Shown: piece by piece, positions 37,732 to 50,154 of the stretch
Layout of the letters: each line of letters opens with the position of its first letter
Numbering within the stretch: the first letter of the stretch is position 1
Notes under the pieces: model-generated
Databases searched by the model: none
What the model was told of the DNA's origin: nothing
Seen by the model: only the letters and a program-made list of their open reading frames with translations
Made by a program: the position numbers and the translations under genes
DNA from: Mobula birostris
Taxonomy: Eukaryota
Length of the DNA: 64,000 nucleotides
Reading direction: 5' to 3'
Assembly (NCBI RefSeq): GCF_030028105.1
Contig: NC_092376.1
Location: 179,962,080 to 180,026,079 of the forward strand

Positions 37732-40700
37732 TTGGGGGGTAGGAATCAAATTAAAGAGGCTAGGCGTGAGGAGGTTAGTTCACCACAGGGGGATGGGAAC
37801 CAGTGCAGAGAGGCAGAGGGGTGTAAAGTGAGGGTAGAAACAAAAAGTACTATGGAGAAAAGTAAAAGTGGCAGGCCGACAAATCCAGGGCAAGCATTAA
37901 AAAGGGCCACTTTTCAGCATAATTGTATAAGGGCTAAGAGAGTTGTAAAAGAGCACCTGAAGGCTTTGTGTGTCAATGCAAGGAGCATTCGTAATAAGGT
38001 GGATGAATTGAAAGTGCAGATTGTTATTAATGATTATGATATAGTTGGGATCACAGAGACATGGCTCCAGGGTGACCAGGGATGGGAGCTCAACGTTCAT
38101 GGATATTCAATATTCAGGAGGGATAGACATGAAGGAAGGGGAGGTGGGGTGGCGTTGCTGGTTAAAGAAGAGATTAACGCAATAGAAAGGAAGGACATAA
38201 GCCGGGAAGATGTGGAATCGATATGGGTAGAGCTGCGTAACACTAAGGGGCAGAAGACGCTGGTGGGAGTTGTTTACAGGCCACCTAACAGTAGTAGTGA
38301 GGTCGGAGATGGTATTAAACAGGAAATTAGAAATGTGTGCAATAAAGGAACAGCAGTTATAATGGGTGACTTCAATCTACATGTAGATTGGGTGAACCAA
38401 ATTGGTAAAGGTGGTGAGGAAGAGGATTTCTTGGAATGTATGCGGGATGGTTTTTTGAACCAACATGTCGAGGAACCGACTAGAGAGCAGGCTATTCTGG
38501 ACTGGGTTTTGAGCAATGAGGAAGGGTTAATTAGCAATCTTGTCGTGAGAGGCCCCTTGCGTAAGAGTGACCATAATATGGTGGAATTCTTCATTAAGAT
38601 GGAGAGTGACATAGTTTATTCAGAAAGAAAGGTTCTGAACTTAAAGAGGGGTAACTTTGAAGGTATGAGACGTGAATTAGCTAAGATAGACTGGCAAATG
38701 ACACTTAAAGGATTGACGGTGGATATGCAATGGCAAGCATTTAAAGGTTGCATGGATGAACTGCAACAAATGTTCATCCCAGTTTGGCAAAAGAATAAAT
38801 CAAGGAAGGTAGTGCACCCGTGGCTGACAAGAGAAATTAGGGATAGTATCAATTCCAAAGAAGCAGCATACAAATTAGCCAGAGAAAGTGGCTCACCTGA
38901 GGACTGGGAGAAATTCAGAGTTCAGCAGAGGAGGACAAAGGGCTTAATTAGGCAGGGGAAAAAAGATTATGAGAGAAAACTGGCAGGCAACATAAAAACG
39001 GACTGTAAAAGCTTTTATAGATATGTAAAAAGGAAAAGACTGGTAAAGACAAATGTAGGTCCCCTGCAGGCAGAAACAGATGAATTGATTATGGGGAGCA
39101 AGTACATTACGACTAATTGAATAATTACTTTGGTTCTGTCTTCACTAAGGAGGACATAAATAATCTTCCAGAAATAGTAGGGGACAGAGGGTCCAGTGAG
39201 ATGGAGGAACTGAGCGAAATACATGTTAGTAGGGAAGTGGTGTTAGGTAAATTGAAGGGATTGAAGGCAGATAAATCCCCAGGGCCGGATGGTCTGCATC
39301 CCAGGGTGCTTAAGGAAGTAGCCCAAGAAATAGTGGATGCATTAGTGATAATTTTTCAAAACTCGTTAGATTCTGGACTAGTTCCTGAGGATTGGAGGGT
39401 GGCTAATGTAACTCCACTTTTTAAAAAAAGAGGGAGAGAGAAACCGGGGAATTATAGACCGGTTAGCCTAACGTCGGTGGTGGGGAAACTGCTGGAGTCA
39501 GTTATCAAGGATGTGATAACAGCACATTTGGAAAGCGGTGAAATGATCGGACAAAGTCAGCATGGATTTGTGAAAGAAAAATCATGTCTGACGAATCTCA
39601 TAGAATTTTTTGAGGATGTAACTAGCAGAGTGGATAGGGGAGAACCAGTGGATGTGGTATATTTGGATTTTCAGAAGGCTTTTGACAACAGGAGATTAGT
39701 GTGCAAACTTAAAGCACACGGTATTGGAGGTAAGGTATTGGTGTGGGTGGAGAGTTGGTTAGCAGACAGGAAGCAAAGAGTGGGAATAAACGGGACCTTT
39801 TCAGAATGGCAGGCGGTGACTAGTGCGGTACCGCAAGGCTCAGTGCTGGGACCCCAGTTGTTTACAATATATATTAATGACTTGGATGAGGGAATTAAAT
39901 GCAGCATCTCCAAGTTTGCGGATGACACGAATCTGGGTGGCAGTGTTAGCTGTGAGGAAGATGCTAAGAGGATGCACGGTGACTTGGATAGGTTGGGTGA
40001 GTGGGCAAATTCATGGCAGATGCAATTTAATGTGGATAAATGTGAAGTTATCCACTTTGCTGGCAAAAATAGGAAAACAGATTATTATCTGAATGGTGGC
40101 CGATTAGGAAAAGGGGAGGTGCAACGTGACCTGGGTGTCATTATACACCAGTCATTGAAAGTGGGCATGCAGGTACAGCAGGCGGTGAAAAAGGCGAATG
40201 GTATGCTGGCATTTATACCGAGAGGATTTGAGTACAGGAGCAGGGAGGTACTGCTGCAGTTGTACAAGGCCTTGGTGAGACCACACCTGGAGTATTGTGT
40301 GCAGTCTTGGTCCCCTAATCTGAGGAAAGACATCCTTGCCATAGAGGGAGTACAGAGAAGGTTCACCAGATTGATTCCTGGGATGGCAGGACTTTCATAT
40401 GAAGAAAGACTGGATGAACTGGGCTTGTACTCGTTGGAATTTAGAAGATTGAGGGGGGATCTGATTGAAACGTGTAAGATCCTAAGGGGATTGGACAGGC
40501 TAGATGCAGGAAGATTGTTCCCGTTGTTGAGGAAGTCCAGAACGAGGGCTCACAGTTTGAGGATAGAGGGGAAGCCTTTTAGGACCGAGATGAGGAAAAA
40601 CTTCTTCACACAGAGAGTGGTGAATCTGTGGAATTCTCTGCCACAGGAAACAGTTGAGGCCAGTTCATTGGCTATATTTAAGAGGGAGTTAGATATGGCC

Positions 40701-40754
40701 CTTGTGGCTTCGGGGGTCAGGGGGTATGGAGGGAAGGCTGGGGCGGTGTTCTGA
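37732..40754 (+). pseudogene. CR1 ORF2 (APE endonuclease plus reverse transcriptase), frameshifted
   Basis: NARS, ITETW, YRPP, GDFN, SDHN; YRPVSL, QGSVLGP, FADD; KAFDNRRL lacks residues of the FDKVPH motif seen in other copies. Confidence 0.92.
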
Positions 40755-42043
40755 GTTGGATGATCAGCCATGATCATAATAAATGGCGGTGCAGGCTCGA
40801 AGGGCCGAATGACCTACTCCTGCACCTATTTTCTATGTTTCTATGTTTCTAAAACTGCTATCAACTGTGAACTCACAGAAACCGCAAGAGCCCAAAGTAC
40901 CACCTTCTACAGTACGGAGAAGTCTTGTAGGAAATGGTCTCCATGGAAGAGTTGCTGCCAAAAAGCCATTCCTCCGAAGTGGAAACAAAGCCAAGAGTCT
41001 CGCCAACGCACAAAAACACAAGCACTGGGGTGCTGATCAATGGCAGCAAGTACTCTGGGCTGACGAGTCAAAATTTAACAATTTTAGCTCAGATAGAAAT
41101 CAGTTTGTCAGTGGAAGAGCTGGAGAGCGCTACATGGATGATTGTCTACAGCCAGAAAAGAAGCTCGCCCAAGGTTCCCTGCAGGTTTAAGGCTGTATTT
41201 CTGCAGATGGAGTTGGTAATCTAGTCAGAGTTATTCAAATTCTCAATGCTGAGAAGTACAAGCAGATTCTCATCCATCACGCAATCGGTGGCGTCCGATC
41301 TGTCCCATCTTCATTCTGCTGTAGGACAATAACCCCAAACACACGACCAAGATCATAAGGAACTATCTTCAGTGAAAATGAAGAACAAGGGATTCTGCAA
41401 CGGTTGGTATGGCCTCCACAGAGCCCTGATCTCAACGTCATCGAGGCTGTGAGGCATTACCTGGATATACAGGAGTAAGTGAGACAGCCAATGTCTGATG
41501 TTGAATTGTGGCAAGTTCTCCCAGATGCTTGGATCAACCTATCAGCCCATATTTTTATAAAACTGCACGGCACTATACCTAAGAGAACTGATGCAATATG
41601 AAATATAAAAGGTAGACACATCAAATATTGATTTTATTTAGTTTTTACTGTTTATTGCTTTTTATGATAAATTCTTTGATATTTAGAAACTTTTCATTTA
41701 TATAAATATTGAAAATTGCTTTGGTCTGTTGGAAAGTGCGACAGGATTGTTCAATGAGTATTAACAGGTGGCAGTGTTTGTAATATCACGATGTAACACT
41801 CTACATGTAGCATGCATTTAATTAGAAACTCTGCAAAAGGACTTATGTAGTTAACTTTAATCACTTTCCAAAGGGTTTTTTTTCTTTACAATTTATCTGC
41901 AACAGATTCACTGTGCCGTAATTGTTGAAACCGTGGTTCTGGGGATAAATACCCGTAAAAGTCTGAAAGGTCTGAAATACTAAAAGCAATTTCGACTGTG
42001 CAGTAATAAATACAACGGCCGAGCGCCAAATTAACGACTTATT

Positions 42044-42185
42044 GCTTTAAGAAATGAGCTGACTTCCAATTGGGCAGATATGAGCGCTACCTTGTCAACC
42101 AATCAGAAGCTAAGATGTGACTGGTGATCTGCACAGCCCCCTTCATACCCAGCTGCCTTCGCGTAAAATCAGACGCCGTGAAAAC
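42044..42185 (+). promoter_or_regulatory. Conserved promoter module of exon 4
   Basis: GCTTTAAGAA 42044, ATTGG 42069, CCAAT 42099, GTGATCTGCACAGCCC 42124, CAGACGCCGTGAAAAC 42170. Confidence 0.85.
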
Positions 42186-42406
42186 GGCAGAGCCAGCAGT
42201 AACAGAGCATTTACTTGTTTCAGGACCGGAGACAATTCGATTCCTTTCTAACCGGAGACAATATGAGAGCATTTCAATAGAAACAGAAGAGTAAATTTGG
42301 TAAAAGGTACAGATATTTTTTGCATGAATTTATCCGTTATAATTGAAACCGCAATAAAAAAAGATTTTGCATCCGGGCGAAACCATTGGAATGATTTCTC
42401 CTGGAA

Positions 42407-44839
42407 ATGAGAGATAATATAAACTGGCTATTGAAATACCAACTGCTTTGCTCTTTGTTCTGTCGTTGGAATCTAGCTTCTGGGCAGATTCGTTACTCTA
42501 TTCCCGAGGAATTACAGCTGGGTGCCTTTGTTGGGAATATCGCAATTGATTTGGGGTTAGATTTAAAGCAGCTACCGTCTAGAAGATTGCGGGTGGCGCC
42601 CAGTGCGAAGAGTCGGTATGTTGACGTAAATTTGGAGAATGGAATTTTATTTGTGAATGAAAGAATCGACCGGGAACAACTTTGCGGGCCGAGCACTGAA
42701 TGCGTTTTAACATTCAACGTTGTGCTTGAAAATCCCCTCGCTCTGCACCAGGTGGAAATTGAGATTCTCGATGTAAATGACAATGCTCCCAGTTTCCCTA
42801 AAAGCCAGATACGCCTGGAAATGTCAGAGATTATGGCACCGGGAGCGAGATTTCCCCTTGAAGCTGCGCACGATCCGGATATTGGAACTAACTCCTTACA
42901 GACATACCAGCTCCTTCCCAATGATTACTTTGTTCTTGATGCAGAGCTACGAGATGGTATAAGGAAGTTCCCGTTATTGGTGCTGCAAAAGGCTTTGGAC
43001 AGAGAAAGGATATCGACCCATCAGATAACTCTAGTTGCCGTAGACGGCGGAGTCCCTGTGAAATCGGGCACGGCCCAGGCAACAATAACGGTGAACGATG
43101 CGAATGACAACTCTCCTGTTTTCCAGCAGTCGGTTTATAAGGTCAATATTTTGGAATCGGCTCCCACAGGAACACTGCTTATCACGGTAAATGCCACTGA
43201 TTTGGACGATGGTCGAAATGCAGAGATAATATACGCCCTCAGCAGCCATAATTCAGCTGAGGTTCGCGACTTAGTTAGCGTGAACTCCAAAACTGGTGAA
43301 ATCAGACTGAAAGGACCGTTGGACTATGAACAGCAAAGAACATTTATGATTAATATTCAAGCAATCGATAATGGTCATCCCACGATGTCCCAACACTGTG
43401 ATGTGCTGGTGGATGTAATGGACGTGAATGACAACGCTCCCGAGCTGACCTTCACATCCAGTGCAAATGCCGTAGCAGAAAATGCTGCAGTGGGAACTAT
43501 TGTCGCCCTTATCAGCGCAGAAGATAAGGATTCTGGGCAAAATGGGCAAGTACAATGTCAAATTCCGAGTAAACTTCCCTTTAAGTTAGATTCGTCCATA
43601 ACTAACAGTTGGATATTGCTTATACAGCGTTCGCTGGATCGCGAAACTACCTCGAGTTATGACATCACTCTAACTTGCATGGACACAGGGAGCCCTGCCC
43701 TCACATCTAAGGAAACGATCCATGTGGAAGTCTCAGATGTAAATGATAATGCCCCAAGCTTTACACAGCCTACATACACGGCAAATATCATGGAAAACAA
43801 CGCCATTGGGAATTCCATATTCTCTCTGAACGCATTCGATCCAGACTCGGCACAGAATTCCCGCTTGAACTTTACTATCCTGAATTCATCCGCAGCTTCG
43901 TATGTCTCCATCAACTCGCAGAGTGGTGTGATATTTGCTCGGAGATCCTTTGACTACGAGCAGTTAAAAAACTTTCAGATATACATTAGGGTTCAGGATT
44001 CTGGAGTCCCACCCCTCGCCGGTAACGCTACAATCAATGTTAATATCCTTGATCAGAACGATAATCCCCCGGTGATTGTGCATCCTGTGCCCGAGTATGG
44101 GTCAACCGTAATGGAGACAATAAGTAGGTTTGCTGAACCTGGATATCTCGTTGCCAAGGTCTCGGCTACTGACGCCGATACTGGTCAGAATGCTCGGCTG
44201 TCTTACCAGATTTTTCAGGCTACCAATCGTGATCTTTTCACTATTTCAGCAGACACCGGTGAAATTTGGACTATCAGAGCGATTCAGAGCAAGGATGCTT
44301 CTAACCAAAGACTTGAGATTGTCGTAAAAGATAACGGAACGCCCTCACTTTCAGCCGCAGTAACCATAGTGATATATGTGTCAGGAAGTGAAACGATCTC
44401 CAGCTCCACCAGCTTAAACAACGATCGTGAGTTCTCTCCCAAACGAAATCTTTACTTAGTCATAGCGTTAGGGTCTATGTCTATAATTTTCCTCGTAATT
44501 TTAATTATTCTTGCTATTATAGTTCATAATAATAGAAACGGAATGGAATGCCAATACAATGTTTGTTACTGTTTGGAAACAAGCAACTTTCTAAATGGGA
44601 CCCAAAAAGCCAGTAGAAGCCTTCAGATACCTCCGAACTATGTCGAGGTATTCGGAGGTGATCCACTTTCCCAGAGTTTCCGTTACGAGTCGTGTTCGAC
44701 TTTGCAGACCATGAAGAGAGACTTTGCAACCCCGCACGGACCATCTTCATCTGTTCCCTGCAGCCAAAAGAAATCCATAGTGAAAGAAGACCCTGGCATG
44801 TTAAACTCTGAAGTCTACAGTTGCAAAACAAAGAACGAG
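42407..44839 (+). CDS. Clustered protocadherin variable exon 4 (811 codons; ORF stop 44866)
   Basis: Same architecture; donor GAG|GTGAGC at 44839/44840; shortened EC5 loop shared with exons 5 and 6. Confidence 0.96.
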
Positions 44840-46071
44840 GTGAGCTACTTCGCAAAGAAAAAATAGTTTTGGAATCTAGGGCGAATGCGCTTAAGGGGCC
44901 AGCATTATTATCTAGGTCTAAGCATTTTGTGCATAGTGGTTTTGAACCAAATGCCTAATTTCCATATATTCCTTTTAATCTATTTGAATTCTTGCAACAT
45001 TAAATATATTGAAATCGCATTACTGCACCAGGTCCCGGAAGCTCACGTGATTCTGTAAAGAATTGCTATCTCAATTGACGTTTATCGTAGTGGTCTGTGT
45101 GAGGTAAAACTTGTCTATATTCCCTACACTTTATATTTTCACTATCGTGCAAAAACTGCGAGTAAACTGGTGAACATCCTTGTTCTGAGCGCTTCCGTTG
45201 AAAGCAGCAGTTTTCCCCAGATTCCGACGATCGCCACGTGTTTCAAATCTGGCGGGTGGGGGCGTGGAGGCACGTAGGTGCTGCAAAGCGTAAATACTGT
45301 ACGTAATGCAAAAATTACTGCGACATCTCAGAAGCGAGAACCAAGGCTGCACGTTTCCAGCCGTTAACCTTAAATCCGAATTCGATGTAAGTTGATCAGT
45401 CTGTAAATTTATATTTGGTTTTCTCTTCGGCGGTGCTGCTTGACAAGATGAGTATTTCAATACATTTTGGTTCCTTAATTCCTATCTAAATTATCCACAG
45501 TACCTTATCTGCTACAAATGAGCCTAGACCTTCCGTACTAGGCCTTATGGAACTCTCTATGCTCAGGGAGTTACCAGTTTAATGCAAGAGAATATATTCC
45601 AACAAGATTCTGAATACCTCCTTCTTATTGGTGAAGGGCTACGGAGAGCTCCCAAAGCCCACAGAATCAAAATATACGGTCTCTTATCAAAGCCAATGTA
45701 TGCATGCGGCAATTTCAAATGTTGCTGATACATAGAGAGGTATGACTTAGTAGGGCATGGGACGTTGCCGTGCAGTTCCTGCCTAGTTCATTTACATTCC
45801 TTTATTGGCCAGGTCTGGGAGAAAGTTGAGTTAGGCTAGCGAATTCCGCGGTGGAATGAATTTTCCGTACTGCTAATCAGGATGAAGGTTTTGCTTTGAA
45901 TGGTATTGAGTGTTATGTGTAATGACACAGTTAGATATTCGGGTAGATTTTAAATATTCAAGCAAAAAACTGATTTGTGGCTTTCAATTTTCAGAAGGCT
46001 AGAGGAACAACAAAAATCCATCATAACTATAGCACTTAAGTTGTCAAATCAGTATTTTGTGAAAATGCGAA

Positions 46072-47093
46072 TAGAAACATAGAAACATAGAAAATAGGTG
46101 CAGGAGTAGGCCATTCGGCCCTTCGAGCCTGCACCACCGTTCAGTATGATCATGGCTGATCAACCAACTCAGAACCCTGTACCTGCCTTCCCCCCATACC
46201 CCCTGATCCCCGTAGCCACAAGGGCCATATCTAATTCCCTCTTAAATATAGCCAAAGAACTGGCCTCAACTGTTTCCTGTGGCAGAGAATTCCACAGATT
46301 CACCACTGTCTGTGTGAAGAAGCTTTTCCTAATCTCGGTCCTAAAAGGCTACCCCTTTATCCTCAAACTGTGACCCCTCGTTCTGGACTTCCCCAACATC
46401 GGGAACAATCTTCCTGCATCTCACCTGTCCAATCGCTTTAGGATTTTATACGTTTCAATAAGATCCCCCCTCAATCTTCTAACTTCCAGAGAGTATAAGC
46501 CTAGCCGATCCAGTCTTTCATCATATGAAAGTCCTGCCATCCCAGGAATCAATCTGGTGAACTTTCTTTGTACCCCCTCTATGGCAAGATTGTCTTTCCT
46601 CAGATTAGGGGACTAAAACTGCACACAATACTCCAGGTGTGGTCTCACCAAAGCCTTGTACAACTGCAGTAGTATCTCCCTGCTCCTGTACTCGAATCCT
46701 CTTGCTATGAATGCCGGCATACCATTCGCCTTTTTCACTGCCCACTCTCAATGACTGGTGTATAATGACACCCGGGTCTCGTTGCACCTCCCCTTTTCCT
46801 AATCGGCCACCATTCAGATAATAATCTGTTTTCCTGTTTTTGCCACCAAAATGGATAACCTCACATTTATCCACATTAAATTGCATCTGCCATGAATTTG
46901 CCCACTCACCTAACCTATCCAAGTCACCCTCCAGCCTCTTAGCATCCTCCTCACAGCTAACACTGCTGCCCAGCTTCGTGTCATTCGCAAACTTGGAGAT
47001 GCTGTACTTAATTCCCTCGTCTAAGTCATTAATATATATTCTAAACAACTGGGGTCCCAGCACTGAGCCCTGCGGTACCCCACTAGTCACTGC
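46072..47093 (-). mobile_element. CR1 3' fragment of the same subfamily as 36510-40850
   Basis: Reverse complement closely matches ~39812-40850, including the tail. Confidence 0.92.
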
Positions 47094-47839
47094 ATGTGAC
47101 ATCAATGATGGCACCGTGACTTAACTCGAGGAGAAGTGGTTGCTCAGGACGGGAAATGGAAAGCAATTCTGCTATATAGGAGTGCTTCCTAAGTTACAAG
47201 TCAAAGCAACAGTATTCTGTGGAGCTTCTTTCATGTGAGTATGGATAGCTTGCCTATTTAGAGAATGTTGAATATAAATTTGCATCGTGTGGTCAATAAC
47301 AAACTTTCCCAATTATAATACTATGCTGGAACATAGCTTACGAAGTGTCCGAGATGGAAGCGTATACTCAGAACCCTAAGGAATTACTGAAGAGATGCTT
47401 TGCTTTACAGATTAGCAGAAAGTTATGATTTTTTGTATAGTGCTGTAGGTGTCATCGGTAAGGCTAGTGTTACCCATCCGACGAGGCCTTTAGGAAAGTG
47501 GCAAAGAGACATCATTATAAAGCAATGAGGTGGTGGATCTCCTGCAAAGTTACTGCAGAAGAAATTCCAAGAATTCCATTTAGGAGCAGTGAAACAATTG
47601 TGATTTATGATTCCTAGTCAAAGCTAAACGTATAACAAGGATGAAAGCAGAGAATATTAAAGTACTCCAAAGAATATTGATTTTTGAGTTACTAGCGAAG
47701 TATTCTACAAGTTACTATTCTATTCATTTCGCTAAAAGGAAGACACTTAATGGATTGCATTATGCATTACATTTTGAACACAGTCAATCACTCCAGCTTT
47801 TGTTTTTGGAGTGCGTTTGCATGCTGTGCGTTTACATGA

Positions 47840-48844
47840 TCAGAATCTGTATCAGAAGCAGGTTTAATATCGCCGGCATACGTCGTGAAATTTGTTAACT
47901 TTACAATACATGATAGCACATGATAAATATAGAAAAAAAGCTGAATTACAGCAAGTATATACGTGTATACTAAAAGGTTAACTTTAAGTAAGTATTGCAA
48001 AACAGAAATAAAAGAACGAGTGAGGTAATGTTCATGGGTTCAATGTCTATTTACAAATTGGATGGCAGAGGGGAAAATGTTCCTGAAACGCTGAATATGT
48101 GCTTTCAGGCTTCTGTACCTCTTTCTTGATGGTAACAATGAGAAAAGGGCATGATGGACACCGCTTTTCTGTGGCAGCACTCCCTGAACTTGTCTTGGAT
48201 ACTACACAAGGTTGTACGCATGATGGAGTTGACTAATGTAAACACTTCCAGCAGTTTACTTCGATCCTATGCAGTAACCCCCACCAACACTTCCGCCCTC
48301 CCTCCATACCAGACGGTGATGCTGCCTGTTAGAATCCTCTCCACGGTAGAAGTTTTCGAGTATTTCAGGTGATAAACTAAATTTCCTCAAACTCCTAATA
48401 AAATATAGCCGTAGTCTTGCCTCCTGTATAGCTGCATCGATATGTTGTGACCAGGATAGATCCTTAGAGATGTTGACACCCAGGAACTAGCAATTGCTCA
48501 CTCTCTCCACTTCTGATTCCTCTGTGAGTATTGGTTCATGTTTCCTCGTCTTACTCTTTCGGATGTGCACAATCAGCTCTTTGGTCTTATTGTCAATGTG
48601 TGCAAGGTTGTTGCTGTGACACCACTCAGCCAACTGGTATATCTCCCTCCTGTGCGCCCGCTGTTACCATCTGAGATTCTGCCAACATGGTTGTATGATC
48701 AGCACTGGAACCATGCCTAGCCACACAGTCATGGGTATAGAGAGAGCGGATCAGTGCGCTAAGCACGCATCTCTGAGATGCGCAGTGTTGATTGTCAGTG
48801 AGGTGGAGATGTTATTACCAATCCACACAGATTGTGGTCTTCAC
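47840..48844 (-). mobile_element. Rex1/Babar-like LINE 3' fragment
   Basis: ATCAGAATC-type tail; minus-strand LLPSRKRYRSLK..RFRN-like motif. Confidence 0.65.
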
Positions 48845-49102
48845 AATCACTTTGAATGATGCGAATGACAAATCTCCTGTATTCTCGTAGTTGCTGTAAT
48901 CAGGTCACTATGCTCTAATCAGCTTCCATAGTATCTCCCATTATTACGTTAAACGCCATTAATTGGATGCTGGCCCGAATGGAGAGAAAACTTCTGCCCT
49001 CAGCAGTCATAACTCAGATGAAATTCGCGAAGTAGATGGCGTGAATTCGAAAACTGAGGAATTAAAATTGCAAGATCTGCTGGTCTATGAACCAGAGAAA
49101 GT
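48845..49102 (+). pseudogene. Decayed protocadherin relic (EC2/EC3 junction and EC3)
   Basis: Reads ITLNDANDKSPVFS*...ITLNA..LDAGPNGEKTSALSSHNSDEIREVDGVNSKTEELKLQDLLVYE with stops and frameshifts; aligns by eye to 50833-51085 and to the same part of exons 4 and 6. Confidence 0.85.
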
Positions 49103-49813
49103 TAAAGTACCTTAATGACTATTGGTTTTTGCCTCAGTAGAGCGGCGTCTATCGACTAAGTTTCCATTCATTTCTTTAGTAACAGCAATAGATCACATTT
49201 GATATTAGGACTAAACAGAGACTTAATGCTAGGCATAGTGGAATTCTGGCTGACATTTTACGAAGAGGCAAAAAATATTAGCTTTTGCTTTACGTAACGA
49301 CAACCGGGAGCATTTCATTGATAACATTTAAATTATGAAAAGCTATAGACAAACAAATTTACTCGGCAATTTATTATGGACAGAAACATATTTTGGCTAT
49401 ATAAATATTCGTTTAAAACTGCTGCAAAGAGAGATTTTTCATCCTGGTAAAGGAATTTTACCAGGATGGTAAAGGAATCTTCTTTTTCTTTTATTTTATT
49501 TGGTTGGCGTTGACAGGGTTCTATAAGAATTAATTAGCAGGTGCCCACCATTGTAAACCCATGATGTAACAAATATATATGGATCCCGCATGTCATTTGA
49601 TTATCAGCAAGAGGAGTCGCTTGATTGAATTTGATTGCGATCCTCGGGGTTTTATCTCGTGGTTGTCATTTAAGATATTCACTGTGTCATAGTTTCTGAA
49701 ATGACAATCAAGGACTGAAATGTCCGCAAAAATCAAAATAATCTGGAATGCTGAAACAAATTTCAATTGTACACTATTAAATGTAAGCAGTTGCGCCAAA
49801 TTGAGCACTTCTT

Positions 49814-49956
49814 GCTTTAAGAAATCAGATGAATTCCAATTGGTCCGATATGAATACTGCATTATCGACCAATCAGAAGCTGAGGTGTGACTGGTGATCC
49901 GCACAGCCCCCTTCAGTACCCAGCCTCTATGGCTTAGGCTCAGACGCCGTGAAAAC
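49814..49956 (+). promoter_or_regulatory. Conserved promoter module of exon 5
   Basis: GCTTTAAGAA 49814, ATTGG 49839, CCAAT 49869, GTGATCCGCACAGCCC 49894, CAGACGCCGTGAAAAC 49941. Confidence 0.85.
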
Positions 49957-50154
49957 TGTATAGCAAGCAGCACCGGAGTATTTATACACAGTTTGTTTCA
50001 AATTGGAGACGACGTAAGAACATTTCAATGCAGATAACAGAGAATATCGTAAAAAGGGGGCTGGTGTTTTCTGCATCGCAAATTATCATTTGCCTAAATC
50101 GCTGCTAAAAGGCTTTGTCTCTGGTCGAAACTATTGGAATGATTTCTCCTGGAA

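Larger units (their letters stand above)
36510..40850 (+). mobile_element. Near full-length young CR1 LINE (5'UTR, ORF1, ORF2, tail)
   Basis: TSD AAAACT at 36504-36509 and 40851-40856; CpG-rich 5'UTR; (TTTCTATG)n tail; frameshifts near 37087 and 39118. Confidence 0.95.
36180..41640 (+). mobile_element. Tc1 transposase remnant split by the CR1 insertion (36180-36509 plus 40851-41640)
   Basis: STVRRSLVGNGLHGRVAAKKPFL..WQQVLWADESKF, DNNPKH, WPPQSPDLNVIE and GRHIKY* after the LINE; HTH-like N-terminal remnant before it. Confidence 0.75.

Noticed and set aside
41761-41777. CTCF-like TTAACAGGTGGCAGTG upstream of promoter 4
   Set aside because: The 5' half is a poor match and it is not preserved at the paralogous positions before exons 5 and 6
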